Below, one piece after another: positions 28,317 through 38,730 of a DNA stretch of 64,000 nt. Each line of letters opens with the position of its first letter. The stretch's first letter is position 1. Under the pieces are notes generated by a model. That model was not told the DNA's origin. It did no database searches and saw only the letters and a program-made list of their open reading frames with translations. The stretch is from an uncultured Rikenellaceae bacterium (GTDB lineage Bacteria > Bacteroidota > Bacteroidia > Bacteroidales > VadinHA17): the NCBI GenBank assembly GCA_964389685.1, contig CAYMFM010000002.1:97909-161908 (forward strand), in the 5' to 3' direction. The translations under genes were made by a program, and so were the position numbers.

Positions 28317-28862
28317 TTGTTTGTTGAAGTGAGAGGAAGCAGGAAATATGTGATTCGGTTTAAGGGCCTTAAAACCGGGAAACATACATTTGCATTTGAT
28401 GTTGACAGGACGTTTTTTGAACCATTCGGAAATGCTGAGATAATAAATGCAGCATGCCACGTTGATGTTGAAATGACCAAACAGGCCAGGATGCTCGAAC
28501 TGTTGATCCATATTACCGGACAGGTTGAAGTGCATTGTGACCGGTGCCTTGGACTTTTTCAGTTGCCTCGGGATATCCTCGAGACAATCTACGTGAAAAT
28601 CAGCAATACCGAAGCAGCAAAATCTGATGATATCATTGTCCTTTCCGATAAAGAGCATGAACTGGACATTTCACAAATGCTGTATGAATTCATTGTTCTG
28701 AGCCTGCCCTATCAGTGCATTCATCCGGTCGATAAAGAGGGCAATAGCACGTGCGATCCGGATATGATCAAGCAACTGGATATCCATTCGGGGGTCAGGG
28801 AGAAACAAAGAAAAACAGATCCTCGCTGGGATCAACTGAAACAATTGATGAATACTAAATAA
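28317..28862 (+). CDS. yceD: YceD/DUF177 family protein
   Basis: Conserved position directly upstream of rpmF, with Cys pairs (HCDRC ... C-x-H) typical of DUF177. The start is uncertain (TTG 28317 or GTG 28329). Confidence 0.75.
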   Translation: MFVEVRGSRKYVIRFKGLKTGKHTFAFDVDRTFFEPFGNAEIINAACHVDVEMTKQARMLELLIHITGQVEVHCDRCLGLFQLPRDILETIYVKISNTEAAKSDDIIVLSDKEHELDISQMLYEFIVLSLPYQCIHPVDKEGNSTCDPDMIKQLDIHSGVREKQRKTDPRWDQLKQLMNTK

Positions 28863-28878
28863 ATAATTTTAAAACATA

Positions 28879-29061
28879 ATGGCACATCCGAAAAGAAAAA
28901 CTTCAAAGCAGAGAAGGAACAAGCGGAGAACACATTACAAAGCAACACCACCGACAGTGGCAACCTGTTCAAATTGTGGGGCTACTGTTCAATATCACAG
29001 AGTATGTCCGGAATGTGGCTTTTATCGTGGTAAATTAGCGGTCGAAAAAGCATCAGCCTAA
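28879..29061 (+). CDS. rpmF: 50S ribosomal protein L32
   Basis: MAHPKRKTSKQRRNKRR N-terminus and zinc-ribbon Cys pairs CSNCG / CPECG. Confidence 0.95.
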   Translation: MAHPKRKTSKQRRNKRRTHYKATPPTVATCSNCGATVQYHRVCPECGFYRGKLAVEKASA

Positions 29062-29105
29062 AATAAAAAAAATCATAATTTCAAGTTCATACTAAATTCC
29101 AGGAA

Positions 29106-30047
29106 ATGAAGATTGGTTTGGACGTAATGGGAGGTGATTTTGCCCCGGAAGCGACTGTTTCGGGAGCTATTTTAGCCCAGGATAAACTTCCTGAAGATAG
29201 CAACCTTGTTCTGATCGGCAATAAAAAAAAGATTAGAAATATTCTGCTTCGTGAAAAAAGGAATCCTGAGGCTTTCGAAATAATACCAACTACCGAGCAG
29301 ATTGAGATGGGCGATCACCCGGCCAAATCCTTTGCTCAAAAGCCCAATTCGAGTATCGTTATTGGCTACCGGATGCTTCATTCCGGAGAAATTGATGGTT
29401 TTGCCAGTGCCGGAAATACCGGTGCAATGCTTGTTGGAATTGGATTTACGGTGAAAGGAATCCCGGGGATCATACGTCCCGCCATTGCTACCATTGTACC
29501 TACCATCACTGGTGGAGCAAACATTCTGCTTGACGTTGGAATCAATCCCGATTCCCGCCCTGATGTGTTATACCAGCACGGCATTCTGGGGTCCCTCTAT
29601 GCAGAACATGTCTTACATATCGATAACCCGCGGGTAGGATTACTGAACATTGGTGCCGAAGAAACCAAAGGGAACCTGGTGGTGAAATCAACCTACGAGC
29701 TGATGAAAGGATCAACGGATTTTAACTTCATCGGGAACGTGGAAGGGAATGATTTTTTTAACGATGAAAAAGTGGACGTCATCGTATGTGATGGATTTGT
29801 GGGCAACGTGGTATTGAAAGCCGTGGAAGCATTTTATGCGATGATAAAAAAGAGAAAGGTCGAAGATCCCTTTTTTGACCGGTTTAACTTTGAAAATTAC
29901 GGAGGCACACCGATTCTTGGGATCAATGCCAATGTGGTTATCGGACATGGGATCTCAAACGATGTGGCAATCATGAATATGATCCTCCAAACCCGGGAGG
30001 TGATTCATGTCAATCTGATAGAGAAAATTAAAGCCTTCTTTAAATGA
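29106..30047 (+). CDS. plsX: phosphate acyltransferase
   Basis: [15 protein letters not shown]-terminus, SAGNTGA motif and canonical rpmF-plsX-fabH synteny. Confidence 0.92.
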   Translation: MKIGLDVMGGDFAPEATVSGAILAQDKLPEDSNLVLIGNKKKIRNILLREKRNPEAFEIIPTTEQIEMGDHPAKSFAQKPNSSIVIGYRMLHSGEIDGFASAGNTGAMLVGIGFTVKGIPGIIRPAIATIVPTITGGANILLDVGINPDSRPDVLYQHGILGSLYAEHVLHIDNPRVGLLNIGAEETKGNLVVKSTYELMKGSTDFNFIGNVEGNDFFNDEKVDVIVCDGFVGNVVLKAVEAFYAMIKKRKVEDPFFDRFNFENYGGTPILGINANVVIGHGISNDVAIMNMILQTREVIHVNLIEKIKAFFK

Positions 30048-31051
30048 CCAAAATTAACGCAGCAATTACCGGTGTCAGTGGATGGGTACCGGAGTACCGG
30101 CTGACAAACCATGAACTGGCAAAAATGGTTGAAACCTCTGATGAGTGGATCATGCAACGGATTGGAATCAAGGAGAGAAGGATCCTTAAAGGCGATGGAC
30201 TGGGGTCATCCTATATGGGATCCAGGGCAGTAAAGGAACTGCTGAAAAAGACCAATACCACTCCGGAGGAGGTGGATCTCATGGTTTGTTCAACCGTGAC
30301 CCCCGACCGCATGTTCCCGGCAACAGCAAACATTATCAGTGATAAAGTGGGTATCAAAAATGCATTCAGCTTTGATATAAATGCAGCCTGCTCAGGATTC
30401 ATCTTTGCCTTGCAAACAGCAGCTAATTATGTACAAATCGGTAACTATAAAAAAGTGATTGTTGTCGGGGTGGATAAAATGTCCGTCATAACAGATTATA
30501 CCGACAGGACAACCTGTCCGCTCTTTGGGGATGCGGCAGCTGCCGTAATGCTGGAACCAACCACGGAAGACCTCGGAGTGCTCGATCACATTTTCCATAC
30601 CGATGGATATGGAAGACATCATTTAAACATGAAAGCAGGGGGATCGGAAAGACCACCCACCATCGAAACCATACAGAACAGGGAACATTTTGTTTACCAG
30701 GAGGGACAAACGGTGTTTAAGTTTGCTGTCTCAAAAATGGCTGATGTGGCAGTGGAAATGATGGAAAGGCACAACATTAAATCGAAAGAATTACACTGGC
30801 TTGTGCCGCATCAGGCAAACCTGAGGATCATTGAGGCTACTGCCAGACGAATGGGACTTGCCAGAGAACAGGTTATGATCAATATTGAAAAGTATGGGAA
30901 TACCACCTCAGCAACCATACCACTCTGCCTGTGGGATTGGGAAAATAAGCTGAACAAGGGTGATAAACTCATTCTCGCAGCATTCGGGGGAGGATTTACC
31001 TGGGGATCTGTCTACGTTAAATGGGCATATAACGGGAAATCTCAATCCTGA
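30044..31051 (+). CDS. fabH: beta-ketoacyl-ACP synthase III
   Basis: Catalytic triad motifs NAACSGF, HQANLRI and [13 protein letters not shown] overlap with the plsX stop. Confidence 0.92.
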   Translation: MTKINAAITGVSGWVPEYRLTNHELAKMVETSDEWIMQRIGIKERRILKGDGLGSSYMGSRAVKELLKKTNTTPEEVDLMVCSTVTPDRMFPATANIISDKVGIKNAFSFDINAACSGFIFALQTAANYVQIGNYKKVIVVGVDKMSVITDYTDRTTCPLFGDAAAAVMLEPTTEDLGVLDHIFHTDGYGRHHLNMKAGGSERPPTIETIQNREHFVYQEGQTVFKFAVSKMADVAVEMMERHNIKSKELHWLVPHQANLRIIEATARRMGLAREQVMINIEKYGNTTSATIPLCLWDWENKLNKGDKLILAAFGGGFTWGSVYVKWAYNGKSQS

Positions 31052-31199
31052 GCAGGTAAAAGGTAACAATATTTCTTTCGATATTTAGTTATCTTATTGC
31101 AGATAAAGGAAATAAAAATAACGCTTGATCTAATCCTCTTTTTTATATCTTTACTTTTCGATCCGCAGAGAGAATAGGACACATCTTAATTCAACTACG

Positions 31200-31619
31200 A
31201 TGGCTAAAAACAATGATCACGAAAACAATGCAATTAACCTGATTGGCATTGGAACAGAAATCACCGGTGATGTGAATTCCAATGGAGATATCCGGATTGA
31301 TGGAACACTGACAGGAAACCTGATTACAAAAGGAAAAGTAGTTATCGGGGAAACCGGTAAAGTGAAGGGAGAAATTACCTGTAAAAATTCCGATGTTTCC
31401 GGTGTGATTGAAGGTAAAATTGTTGTCTCTCAATTGTTATCTCTTAAAATCTCCGCAAAAGTAAATGGTGATATCCAAACCAATAAGCTTGCCATTGAAC
31501 CGGGATCAAAATTCACAGGGAATTGCAATATGAATGTAGAATCTGTAAGCGGTGAGCCCCAAAAACCAAGATTCCAAAGCGAAATCAAACAGCCGGAAGA
31601 ACAAAAAGCCAGTCAATGA
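31200..31619 (+). CDS. bactofilin-family (polymer-forming cytoskeletal, DUF583) protein
   Basis: Repetitive beta-helix pattern (G.I.GDV.S.GDIRIDG.L.G.L...GKVVIGETGKVKGEI) with a charged C-terminal tail. Confidence 0.75.
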   Translation: MAKNNDHENNAINLIGIGTEITGDVNSNGDIRIDGTLTGNLITKGKVVIGETGKVKGEITCKNSDVSGVIEGKIVVSQLLSLKISAKVNGDIQTNKLAIEPGSKFTGNCNMNVESVSGEPQKPRFQSEIKQPEEQKASQ

Positions 31620-31800
31620 TTTCATAAAATATTCTGCTATTGCATTCCAAATGGTGGTGATTATCCTGGCCGGTGTGTTTGGAGGCATCAAGCTGGATCA
31701 GATCGTGAAACTGGAATTTCCACTCTTCACCCTGATTTTATCCACACTTTCCGTAGCCCTGGCAATTTACTATGCGATAAAAGATTTCATAAAATTCTGA
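31552..31800 (+). CDS. AtpZ/AtpI-like small membrane protein of the ATP synthase operon
   Basis: K-rich N-terminus followed by KYSAIAFQMVVIILAGVFGGIKLD and a second TM segment. It lies upstream of atpB. The ATG at 31552 overlaps the bactofilin 3' end by 68 nt; the only later ATG (31651) would truncate the conserved segment. Confidence 0.6.
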   Translation: MSPKNQDSKAKSNSRKNKKPVNDFIKYSAIAFQMVVIILAGVFGGIKLDQIVKLEFPLFTLILSTLSVALAIYYAIKDFIKF

Positions 31801-31804
31801 ATCC

Positions 31805-32197
31805 GTGTACAAATCCTTCAAGGAGTTTATCATTCAGGAAACTATTCTTGCAGCAGCGATTACCCTTGCCGGCTATTTCCTGTTTACCGGAATATTGGGA
31901 AAATACTACCGGAATATCATTCCTTTGTTGTTGGTGGTAGTCTATTTTCTCACGACAGCAGTACATGGATTCCTGCTGCATGCATACAGCCGGGAGCCAC
32001 AAAAATTTATCATGAAATACATGCTTGCTTCGGCAATAAAAATCGTCTTGTATCTTATTTTTATCATTATCTACCTCCTTTTTTTCCCGGAGAATGCAGC
32101 AATCTTTCTGCTTTCATTCTTATCTTTTTACTTTTTGTTCACCCTGTTTGAAGTGTTTTCGATTCATCGGACGCTGAAGAAAAATCGTAACGATTAG
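31805..32197 (+). CDS. hypothetical 4-TM membrane protein in ATP synthase operon
   Basis: GTG start 5 nt after the atpZ-like stop. It has four hydrophobic helices and no recognisable motif. Confidence 0.5.
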   Translation: MYKSFKEFIIQETILAAAITLAGYFLFTGILGKYYRNIIPLLLVVVYFLTTAVHGFLLHAYSREPQKFIMKYMLASAIKIVLYLIFIIIYLLFFPENAAIFLLSFLSFYFLFTLFEVFSIHRTLKKNRND

Positions 32198-32261
32198 TTT
32201 TGTACAGGTAATATTTTCCTATCTTTATGTTAATTTTGTTGCTGTTTTAACAACTACCAAG

Positions 32262-33368
32262 GTGAGTCAAATTCGGATGTTTATTCAGGTTCTCAGTTTG
32301 CTGGTTTTAACTCCGCTATGTCTGTTGTCTCAAGAGCACAAAGCTACTCATGATGAAGCCACACAGGAGACAACCCATGAAAGCAACCAAGAAGAATCAT
32401 TTGATCCGGGCAGTTTCATCTTTGGTCATATCGGGGATGCATACGATTGGCACATCCTCAGTGTGAACGATTTTCATCTAACAGTTCCCCTGCCAGTTAT
32501 TGTCTTCAGTCGGACCAGTGGGTTGCATTGTTTCTTCTCGAGTAAATTCCATCATGGTCATAGTTCCTATAATGGGTTTGAAATAGCCCGGGAGGGGGAA
32601 TATGAAGGCAAGGTGGTAGAGGTTCTTGCCGATGGGGAGGTCATTCGTCCCCTCGACCTTTCCATAAGCAAAAACGTTTTTGCGGTTTTCATTAGTCTGG
32701 GGCTCATGCTGTGGGTATTCATTGCCGTTGCCAGGTTATACCGGAAAAGGAAAGGAAAGGCTCCGAAAGGAATGCAGAGCTTTGTTGAGCCCATCATTCT
32801 ATTTATCCGGGATGATATCGCAAAACCATCCATTGGAGAGGGGAAATATGAACGGTTCATGCCCTATTTACTCACCCTGTTTTTCTTTGTCTGGATCAAT
32901 AATATGATGGGATTGATACCGATATTTCCAGGGGGAGCCAATGTAACAGGGAATATTGCTGTTACCGCAGCACTGGCTCTGTTTACCTTTGTCATTACCA
33001 CCGTGAACGGGAACAGGCATTACTGGCAGGAGATCCTGAATGCACCGGGTGTACCCTGGTGGCTTAAATTACCGGTTCCCCTGATGCCCATCATTGAAAT
33101 TCTCGGGATGCTTACCAAACCGTTTGTATTGATGGTTCGTCTTTTTGCCAATATTTCTGCCGGACACATCATAGCACTTGGATTTTTCAGCCTGATCTTT
33201 ATTTTCGGAGATATGCAACCAGTCTTGGGTTTTGGCGTGTCACCGGTATCCATACTGTTCACGATGTTTATGACAGTGCTGGAATTGTTGGTAGCGCTGA
33301 TCCAGGCTTACGTTTTTACCCTGTTGTCTGCCCTCTATTTTGGCATGGCCACAGCAGAACATCATTGA
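32262..33368 (+). CDS. atpB: F0F1 ATP synthase subunit a
   Basis: Essential Arg motif VRLFANISAGHI. Multi-TM protein with an N-terminal signal-like segment plus a His/Glu-rich extension. Confidence 0.92.
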   Translation: MSQIRMFIQVLSLLVLTPLCLLSQEHKATHDEATQETTHESNQEESFDPGSFIFGHIGDAYDWHILSVNDFHLTVPLPVIVFSRTSGLHCFFSSKFHHGHSSYNGFEIAREGEYEGKVVEVLADGEVIRPLDLSISKNVFAVFISLGLMLWVFIAVARLYRKRKGKAPKGMQSFVEPIILFIRDDIAKPSIGEGKYERFMPYLLTLFFFVWINNMMGLIPIFPGGANVTGNIAVTAALALFTFVITTVNGNRHYWQEILNAPGVPWWLKLPVPLMPIIEILGMLTKPFVLMVRLFANISAGHIIALGFFSLIFIFGDMQPVLGFGVSPVSILFTMFMTVLELLVALIQAYVFTLLSALYFGMATAEHH

Positions 33369-33396
33369 TCTTTTTCATAACCAAAACCATAATATT

Positions 33397-33657
33397 ATGA
33401 TTACATTATCCATTTTGTTACAGGCCGCTGCAGGTGCAGCAGTGGGGAAACTCGGGGCTGCACTGGGAGCTGGTATAGCGGCAATGGCTGCCGGAATCGG
33501 AATAGGCCGCATTGGCGGTACCGCATTGGAAGCCATAGCCCGCCAGCCTGAAGCTGCCGGCGACATTCGCGCAAATATGATTGTCGCTGCTGCACTGATC
33601 GAAGGAGTAGCATTCTTCGCAGTGGTCGTCTGTTTACTGATCGTATTCATTAAATGA
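33397..33657 (+). CDS. atpE: F0F1 ATP synthase subunit c
   Basis: Helical hairpin with ARQPEA loop and carboxylate helix AALIEGVAFF. The ATG at 33397 was chosen because the track ORF start at 33340 overlaps atpB. Confidence 0.9.
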   Translation: MITLSILLQAAAGAAVGKLGAALGAGIAAMAAGIGIGRIGGTALEAIARQPEAAGDIRANMIVAAALIEGVAFFAVVVCLLIVFIK

Positions 33658-33674
33658 ATGAAAGGTAAAAACAG

Positions 33675-33717
33675 AAACCCGTTGCCGTTAAGCGATTGGC
33701 TTGACTGCAACGGGTTT
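33675..33717 (+). promoter_or_regulatory. intercistronic stem-loop between atpE and atpF
   Basis: An 11 bp perfect stem aaacccgttgc / gcaacgggttt encloses a 21 nt loop, 18 nt after the atpE stop. There is no strong U-tract. Confidence 0.45.
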
Positions 33718-33753
33718 AATTAAAACGGTGTACACATCAAAACATAATATGTC

Positions 33754-34248
33754 ATGGAATTAGTAACTCCGGGGTTAGGACTTTTGTTCTGGATGATTCT
33801 CTCCTTTGCCATTGTCCTTTATCTGCTTAAGAAATTTGCCTGGAAACCCATTCTCAAAGCATTGCGGGACCGGGAAGCAAACATTCAGAAAGCGCTCGAT
33901 TCAGCCGAATTGGCACGAGAACAGATGAAACAACTGAAAGCCGATAATGAGGCCATCATGCAGGAGGCAAGAGAAGAGAGGGATTTCCTGCTGCAGGATG
34001 CCCGAGAAGTGAAAGATAAGATGATTGCCGAAGCAAAAGAACAGGCAAACCAGGAAACACAAAAAATCGTGAAAGCTGCCAGAATGAAAATCAGGAATGA
34101 AAAAGCAGCTGCCATCGAGGATATTAAAAACCAGGTTGCCTCACTTTCGATAGAGATGACAGAGAAAATCCTGAAACGGAAATTGGCAGATCACAAAGAA
34201 CAAAAGGAATTGATTAGAAAACTCCTCGATGAGGTCAAATTGAATTGA
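33754..34248 (+). CDS. atpF: F0F1 ATP synthase subunit b
   Basis: A single N-terminal TM segment followed by a long charged coiled coil, in the operon position between atpE and atpH. Confidence 0.88.
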   Translation: MELVTPGLGLLFWMILSFAIVLYLLKKFAWKPILKALRDREANIQKALDSAELAREQMKQLKADNEAIMQEAREERDFLLQDAREVKDKMIAEAKEQANQETQKIVKAARMKIRNEKAAAIEDIKNQVASLSIEMTEKILKRKLADHKEQKELIRKLLDEVKLN

Positions 34249-34284
34249 TCATCATTTCGGGGGAAATTGATCAACTGAAACCTA

Positions 34285-34839
34285 ATGAACGAAAGCAAAA
34301 TATCGGTTCACTACTCAAAAGCCCTGCTTCAGTTTGCGCTGGAGAAGAAGAAGCTAGATCCTGTCTATCAGGACATGCTTCAACTGTATCAGATATGCCA
34401 ACAGGTTGATGAATTGATTTCCATTTTTCACAATCCGATTATTCCGCAATCAAGAAAGAAAAAAATAGTCCGGGCTGTTTTCAGTGGCAAGGTAACAGAC
34501 ATTACACTATCCTTCCTTGAGATGGTGATACACAATAAACGGGAAATTTACATTCCAGATATCTCCAGAAGATTTTTAGATGATTATAAACGACATAAAA
34601 AAATAACCACAGTCATCTTAACTACCGTAATTCCTCTTGATCAGCAATTAAAAGAGAGAATTATTCAGTTGGTCCGGAATGCATATCATACAACCGTTGA
34701 ACTTGAGGAGAAGCAAAGCGAACAACTTATTGGTGGATTCATTATTAGAATGGATGACCTGATGCTGGATGCCAGTGTCTCGAAAGTACTAAAGAAGATG
34801 CGAAAAAAACTGATCACTAAAGAGTTTGAGCGTAGGTAA
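34285..34839 (+). CDS. atpH: F0F1 ATP synthase subunit delta (OSCP)
   Basis: Size, operon position and a C-terminal GGFIIRMDD..LDASV motif. Confidence 0.85.
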   Translation: MNESKISVHYSKALLQFALEKKKLDPVYQDMLQLYQICQQVDELISIFHNPIIPQSRKKKIVRAVFSGKVTDITLSFLEMVIHNKREIYIPDISRRFLDDYKRHKKITTVILTTVIPLDQQLKERIIQLVRNAYHTTVELEEKQSEQLIGGFIIRMDDLMLDASVSKVLKKMRKKLITKEFERR

Positions 34840-34881
34840 ACGACTATAAAACAAGGAAGTATAACATAATAATCAATAAAT

Positions 34882-36459
34882 ATGGCGAATATCAGACCGG
34901 CAGAAGTTACTGAAATACTGAAAAAACAATTGGAAGGTATTCAAACCGAAGCAGAGCTCGAAGAGGTTGGGTCAGTTCTTCAGGTGGGAGACGGAATAGC
35001 CCGGGTATATGGGCTTTTTAACGTTCAGTCGAACGAATTGGTGGAATTTGAAAATGGAATAGAAGGGATCGTGTTAAACCTGGAGGAGGATAATGTTGGC
35101 GTGGTTTTGCTAGGACCATCGGAAGGGATCAAAGAGGGTGATATTGTTAAACGGACCCGCAGGATTTCTTCCATACAGGTCGGGGAGGGATTGTTGGGCC
35201 GTGTCATAACAACCACCGGTGAGCCGGTGGATGGAAAGGGCCCCATTGAAGGAAAAACCTATGAAATGCCCCTCGAACGTAAGGCGCCGGGTGTCATTTT
35301 CCGGCAACCGGTCAATGAACCCATACAAACCGGCATCAAATCAATCGATGCAATGATACCGATAGGAAGGGGACAACGGGAGTTGATTATCGGCGACCGG
35401 CAAACGGGAAAAACAGCCATTGCAATCGATACAATCATCAATCAAAAAGAGTGTTTCGACGAAGGAGAACCCGTATATTGCATCTATGTCTCCATCGGAC
35501 AGAAAGGTTCTAATGTAGCCGGAATTGCCAAAACACTTGAAGATTATGGAGCCATTGACTATACCATCATTGTCTCTGCTACTGCTTCGGATCCTGCCGC
35601 AGCACAGTTTTATGCTCCTTTTGCAGGTGCCGCTATTGGAGAATTCTTCCGGGATACCGGACGATCCGCCCTGATCATTTACGATGATCTTTCCAAACAG
35701 GCCGTTTCATACCGGGAAGTATCCCTGTTGTTGAGACGTCCCCCCGGACGAGAAGCTTATCCGGGAGATGTTTTTTACCTTCATTCAAGATTGCTGGAGC
35801 GAGCAGCAAAGATCATCGAATCGGATGACATTGCCGCACAAATGAATGACCTTCCGGAATCCATTACATCCATGGTGAAAGGAGGTGGTTCATTGACAGC
35901 ACTCCCTATTATTGAAACCCAGGCTGGCGATGTCTCCGCCTACATACCCACTAACGTTATCTCGATTACAGACGGACAGATCTTTCTTGAAGCCGATCTG
36001 TTTAATGCAGGAATCAGACCAGCAGTGAATGTAGGTATTTCCGTTTCCCGTGTTGGCGGAAATGCCCAGATACAAGCCATGAAGGAAATTGCCGGAACAC
36101 TCAAAATAGACCAGGCACAATATAGGGAACTGGAAGCATTTTCAAAATTTGGCTCGGACCTGGACGCAGCAACACTGGCAGTCCTGGATAAGGGTGCCAA
36201 AAACGTCGAAATATTGAAACAGAGACAATATTCACCCGTTCCGGTTGAAAATCAAATAGCCATCATATTTTGCGGAACACATGCTTTGCTTAAAGACGTT
36301 CCTGTTGAAAAAGTCCGGGATTTTGAAAAAGAGTTTATTGAATTCCTTGAACTCAAACATTCGGATGCCCTGAAGGTTTTGAAAGGGGGCAAAATAACGG
36401 ATGAGATCATGGAGACCTTAACAAAAGTAGCCAAAGATCTGTCGACAAAGTTTAAATGA
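34882..36459 (+). CDS. atpA: F0F1 ATP synthase subunit alpha
   Basis: Walker A GDRQTGKT, and the motifs [11 protein letters not shown] and [21 protein letters not shown]. Confidence 0.97.
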   Translation: MANIRPAEVTEILKKQLEGIQTEAELEEVGSVLQVGDGIARVYGLFNVQSNELVEFENGIEGIVLNLEEDNVGVVLLGPSEGIKEGDIVKRTRRISSIQVGEGLLGRVITTTGEPVDGKGPIEGKTYEMPLERKAPGVIFRQPVNEPIQTGIKSIDAMIPIGRGQRELIIGDRQTGKTAIAIDTIINQKECFDEGEPVYCIYVSIGQKGSNVAGIAKTLEDYGAIDYTIIVSATASDPAAAQFYAPFAGAAIGEFFRDTGRSALIIYDDLSKQAVSYREVSLLLRRPPGREAYPGDVFYLHSRLLERAAKIIESDDIAAQMNDLPESITSMVKGGGSLTALPIIETQAGDVSAYIPTNVISITDGQIFLEADLFNAGIRPAVNVGISVSRVGGNAQIQAMKEIAGTLKIDQAQYRELEAFSKFGSDLDAATLAVLDKGAKNVEILKQRQYSPVPVENQIAIIFCGTHALLKDVPVEKVRDFEKEFIEFLELKHSDALKVLKGGKITDEIMETLTKVAKDLSTKFK

Positions 36460-36493
36460 TGTTGATTCTTGTACTCTTTTGTAAACGATCAGT

Positions 36494-37375
36494 ATGGCAG
36501 GATTGAAAGAAATAAGGACCAGAATTGTATCGGTAAAATCAACCCGGCAGATTACCGCTGCCATGAAAATGGTTGCTGCTGCAAAACTGCGGAAAGCACA
36601 GAATAGAATCATTCAATTGCGACCTTATGTCAGTAAACTGGAAGAAGTCCTTGCATGCCTTACCTGCCAGTTGGAAGTGAATGTTGAAAACCAATATACT
36701 GAAGAACGGGAGATAAAACGTGTACTCCTCGTTGTCATTACCTCAAACAGAGGACTTTGTGGGGCTTTCAACGCAAATGTGGCAAGACAGGCTGTATCAT
36801 TGGCATACGAGACATACGGAGACCTTTTTCAGGACAGTAACCTCCATTTTATGACCATCGGGAAAAAAGGGAGTGAATTACTGAAGTCAAAAAAAATTCC
36901 CATTGTTGATACCAACCACGAAATATTTGATGACCTTACCTTTGAGCATGTTGTACCCATTGCTGACCGGATGATTCAGCAATACCTGGAAGGAGAATAT
37001 GACAGGATTGAATTTGTCTATAACCATTTTAAGAATGCAGCAGTTCATTTATTGACACAGGAACAATTCCTGCCCATTCGCTTCGAAGCGAAAGCGGATA
37101 TGTTACCCCAAAATCTCGATTATATATTCGAGCCAGACCATCCTTCACTCATTGAAAAACTGATGCCCAGATGGTTGAGGATTCAGTTATACAAAGCCAT
37201 TCTGGATTCCTTCGTGGCCGAACAGGGTGCAAGAATGACAGCCATGCATATGGCAACCGATAATGCAACGGAATTGCTACGCGAACTGACCCTGCATTAT
37301 AACAAAGCAAGGCAGGCAGCGATCACAAAAGAAATCCTGGAAATTGTCGGAGGAGCAGAAGCGCTCAGAGGATAA
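36494..37375 (+). CDS. atpG: F0F1 ATP synthase subunit gamma
   Basis: N-terminal KEIRTRIVSVKSTRQITAAMKMVAAAKLRKAQ and C-terminal ITKEILEIVGGAEAL. Confidence 0.95.
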   Translation: MAGLKEIRTRIVSVKSTRQITAAMKMVAAAKLRKAQNRIIQLRPYVSKLEEVLACLTCQLEVNVENQYTEEREIKRVLLVVITSNRGLCGAFNANVARQAVSLAYETYGDLFQDSNLHFMTIGKKGSELLKSKKIPIVDTNHEIFDDLTFEHVVPIADRMIQQYLEGEYDRIEFVYNHFKNAAVHLLTQEQFLPIRFEAKADMLPQNLDYIFEPDHPSLIEKLMPRWLRIQLYKAILDSFVAEQGARMTAMHMATDNATELLRELTLHYNKARQAAITKEILEIVGGAEALRG

Positions 37376-37389
37376 TCCGTATTGTCAAT

Positions 37390-38613
37390 CTATCTCTCCT
37401 TCAGCAGATCTACGGCTTCCTGAACGGAAATTTTCTCTCCATTTTTATAGGCTACAATGAATCCTTCCACCTGATTTTGGTTTTGGAAAACCTTCGTTTC
37501 AAAAAGCGTAGCGAATTTGCCAACAACATAACGGTAATAGCCATCGCTTTTCATCAGGTAAGGCTTTTCGGGCCCCGAATAAATTTGTTTCAATTGTTCA
37601 TCGGTTGCCGGAGAGGTTTTGGACAGTATTTGAATGGTAAAAAAGATCGTAACCGGAGGGGATTGGGGTTCCACAACAGGAATGATTTCACCGGGATCGG
37701 TTTCCGTGGAATCGGGTTGATCCGGTAGCACCTCCAACGTGTCGGCTTCAACCATTAAAAAAGAGTCCGGCTGTTTTTCCGTTTCTTCGATGAGCAGAGG
37801 GAGTATAACTTCTTCCTCGGTCAGGGTCTCCGGGAGAGAGTCCTCCAGGACAGTGTTGTCGATTTTAAAAGTGCCCGTATCCGGAAGTTCATCCAGCGGC
37901 AATTCAGGCTCACTTTCGACTACCGAATCCATTGCAGTTTCAGGAGATAATCTATCAGCAACACTATCCACTGCTGCAATCTCTTCCTCAGGAGATGTTT
38001 CAGTGGCAGGCAATGCAGCGGTCGACTGGTAATGGGTGAAGGCATCGATTTGATGATTGATGGCTGCTATTTCGAAACCATACGCATCGGCAAACAGCGG
38101 ATATGCTTTTTCAATATCCCCCTTGTTCTCCGCCTTACGGCGATACTTCTTGGATTTTTTAAAGGCCAAAGAGGAATTTTTTTCCAGGCGAACCCCCTCA
38201 TCGGGGGAGGTGGATTTTTCACGGAACTGCTTTAGACTTTTGTGGTAAATTTTATACAATTTCTTGTGCGCCTGCTGATAGATATAAAAGGCCTCAATCT
38301 CCTTCTGCATCTTCTTCTCTTCCAGTTTTGAGGCTTTGCGTGTTTTAGCCCGCCGTGAATTAACCTGAATATCGTTTATTTGACGCTCATAATTCGTTGC
38401 CTTATCCATGGTTAACGCTGCTTTGTTGAAGTGTTTCTCGATTTTGCTTATCTTCTTTGATGCACTGCGGGGTAAAGCCCGGTTAAAGGCTGAATTGTCT
38501 TTTAACGTTTTTTCATCACCCTGTGAAAAGGAGAATAAAGATAGTAGACATAAAAACAGGGTAACAAAAAGTCTATTGGATAGAAAACAGCGGAGTTTTT
38601 CCTGTTGCATCAT
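37390..38613 (-). CDS. SPOR domain-containing protein
   Basis: Signal peptide, a K/E-rich coiled region, an acidic P/E/T-rich linker and a C-terminal SPOR-like fold (FTIQILS...YYRYVVGKF...GFIVAYKNGEKIS). Confidence 0.7.
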   Translation of the reverse strand: MMQQEKLRCFLSNRLFVTLFLCLLSLFSFSQGDEKTLKDNSAFNRALPRSASKKISKIEKHFNKAALTMDKATNYERQINDIQVNSRRAKTRKASKLEEKKMQKEIEAFYIYQQAHKKLYKIYHKSLKQFREKSTSPDEGVRLEKNSSLAFKKSKKYRRKAENKGDIEKAYPLFADAYGFEIAAINHQIDAFTHYQSTAALPATETSPEEEIAAVDSVADRLSPETAMDSVVESEPELPLDELPDTGTFKIDNTVLEDSLPETLTEEEVILPLLIEETEKQPDSFLMVEADTLEVLPDQPDSTETDPGEIIPVVEPQSPPVTIFFTIQILSKTSPATDEQLKQIYSGPEKPYLMKSDGYYRYVVGKFATLFETKVFQNQNQVEGFIVAYKNGEKISVQEAVDLLKER

Positions 38614-38730
38614 GGTAGATCAAGAGATGTTGGTTGGTTAAAATTACGCTTTTCCGGATCAATCCCCAAATCCTTCCATTTTTTAAAAGTTACAGATCAT
38701 TGTTATCTTTAGCTTTATAAACTACTTCAT

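Noticed and set aside
33397-33657. Possibility that the ATP synthase is Na+-coupled or an N-ATPase, given the extra AtpZ-like and 4-TM genes
   Set aside because: The c subunit has Ile at the position of the Na+-ligand Gln and has IEGV rather than an E-S/T motif. The operon also contains a delta subunit in atpBEFHAG order, so it is a canonical H+ F-type enzyme.
33375-33710. 111 aa Ala-rich minus-strand ORF over atpE, and the 105 aa track ORF starting at 33340
   Set aside because: The minus-strand ORF mirrors the Gly/Ala-rich c subunit. The 33340 start would overlap atpB by 29 nt and add a non-conserved N-terminus, so the internal ATG at 33397 gives a canonical 86 aa c subunit.
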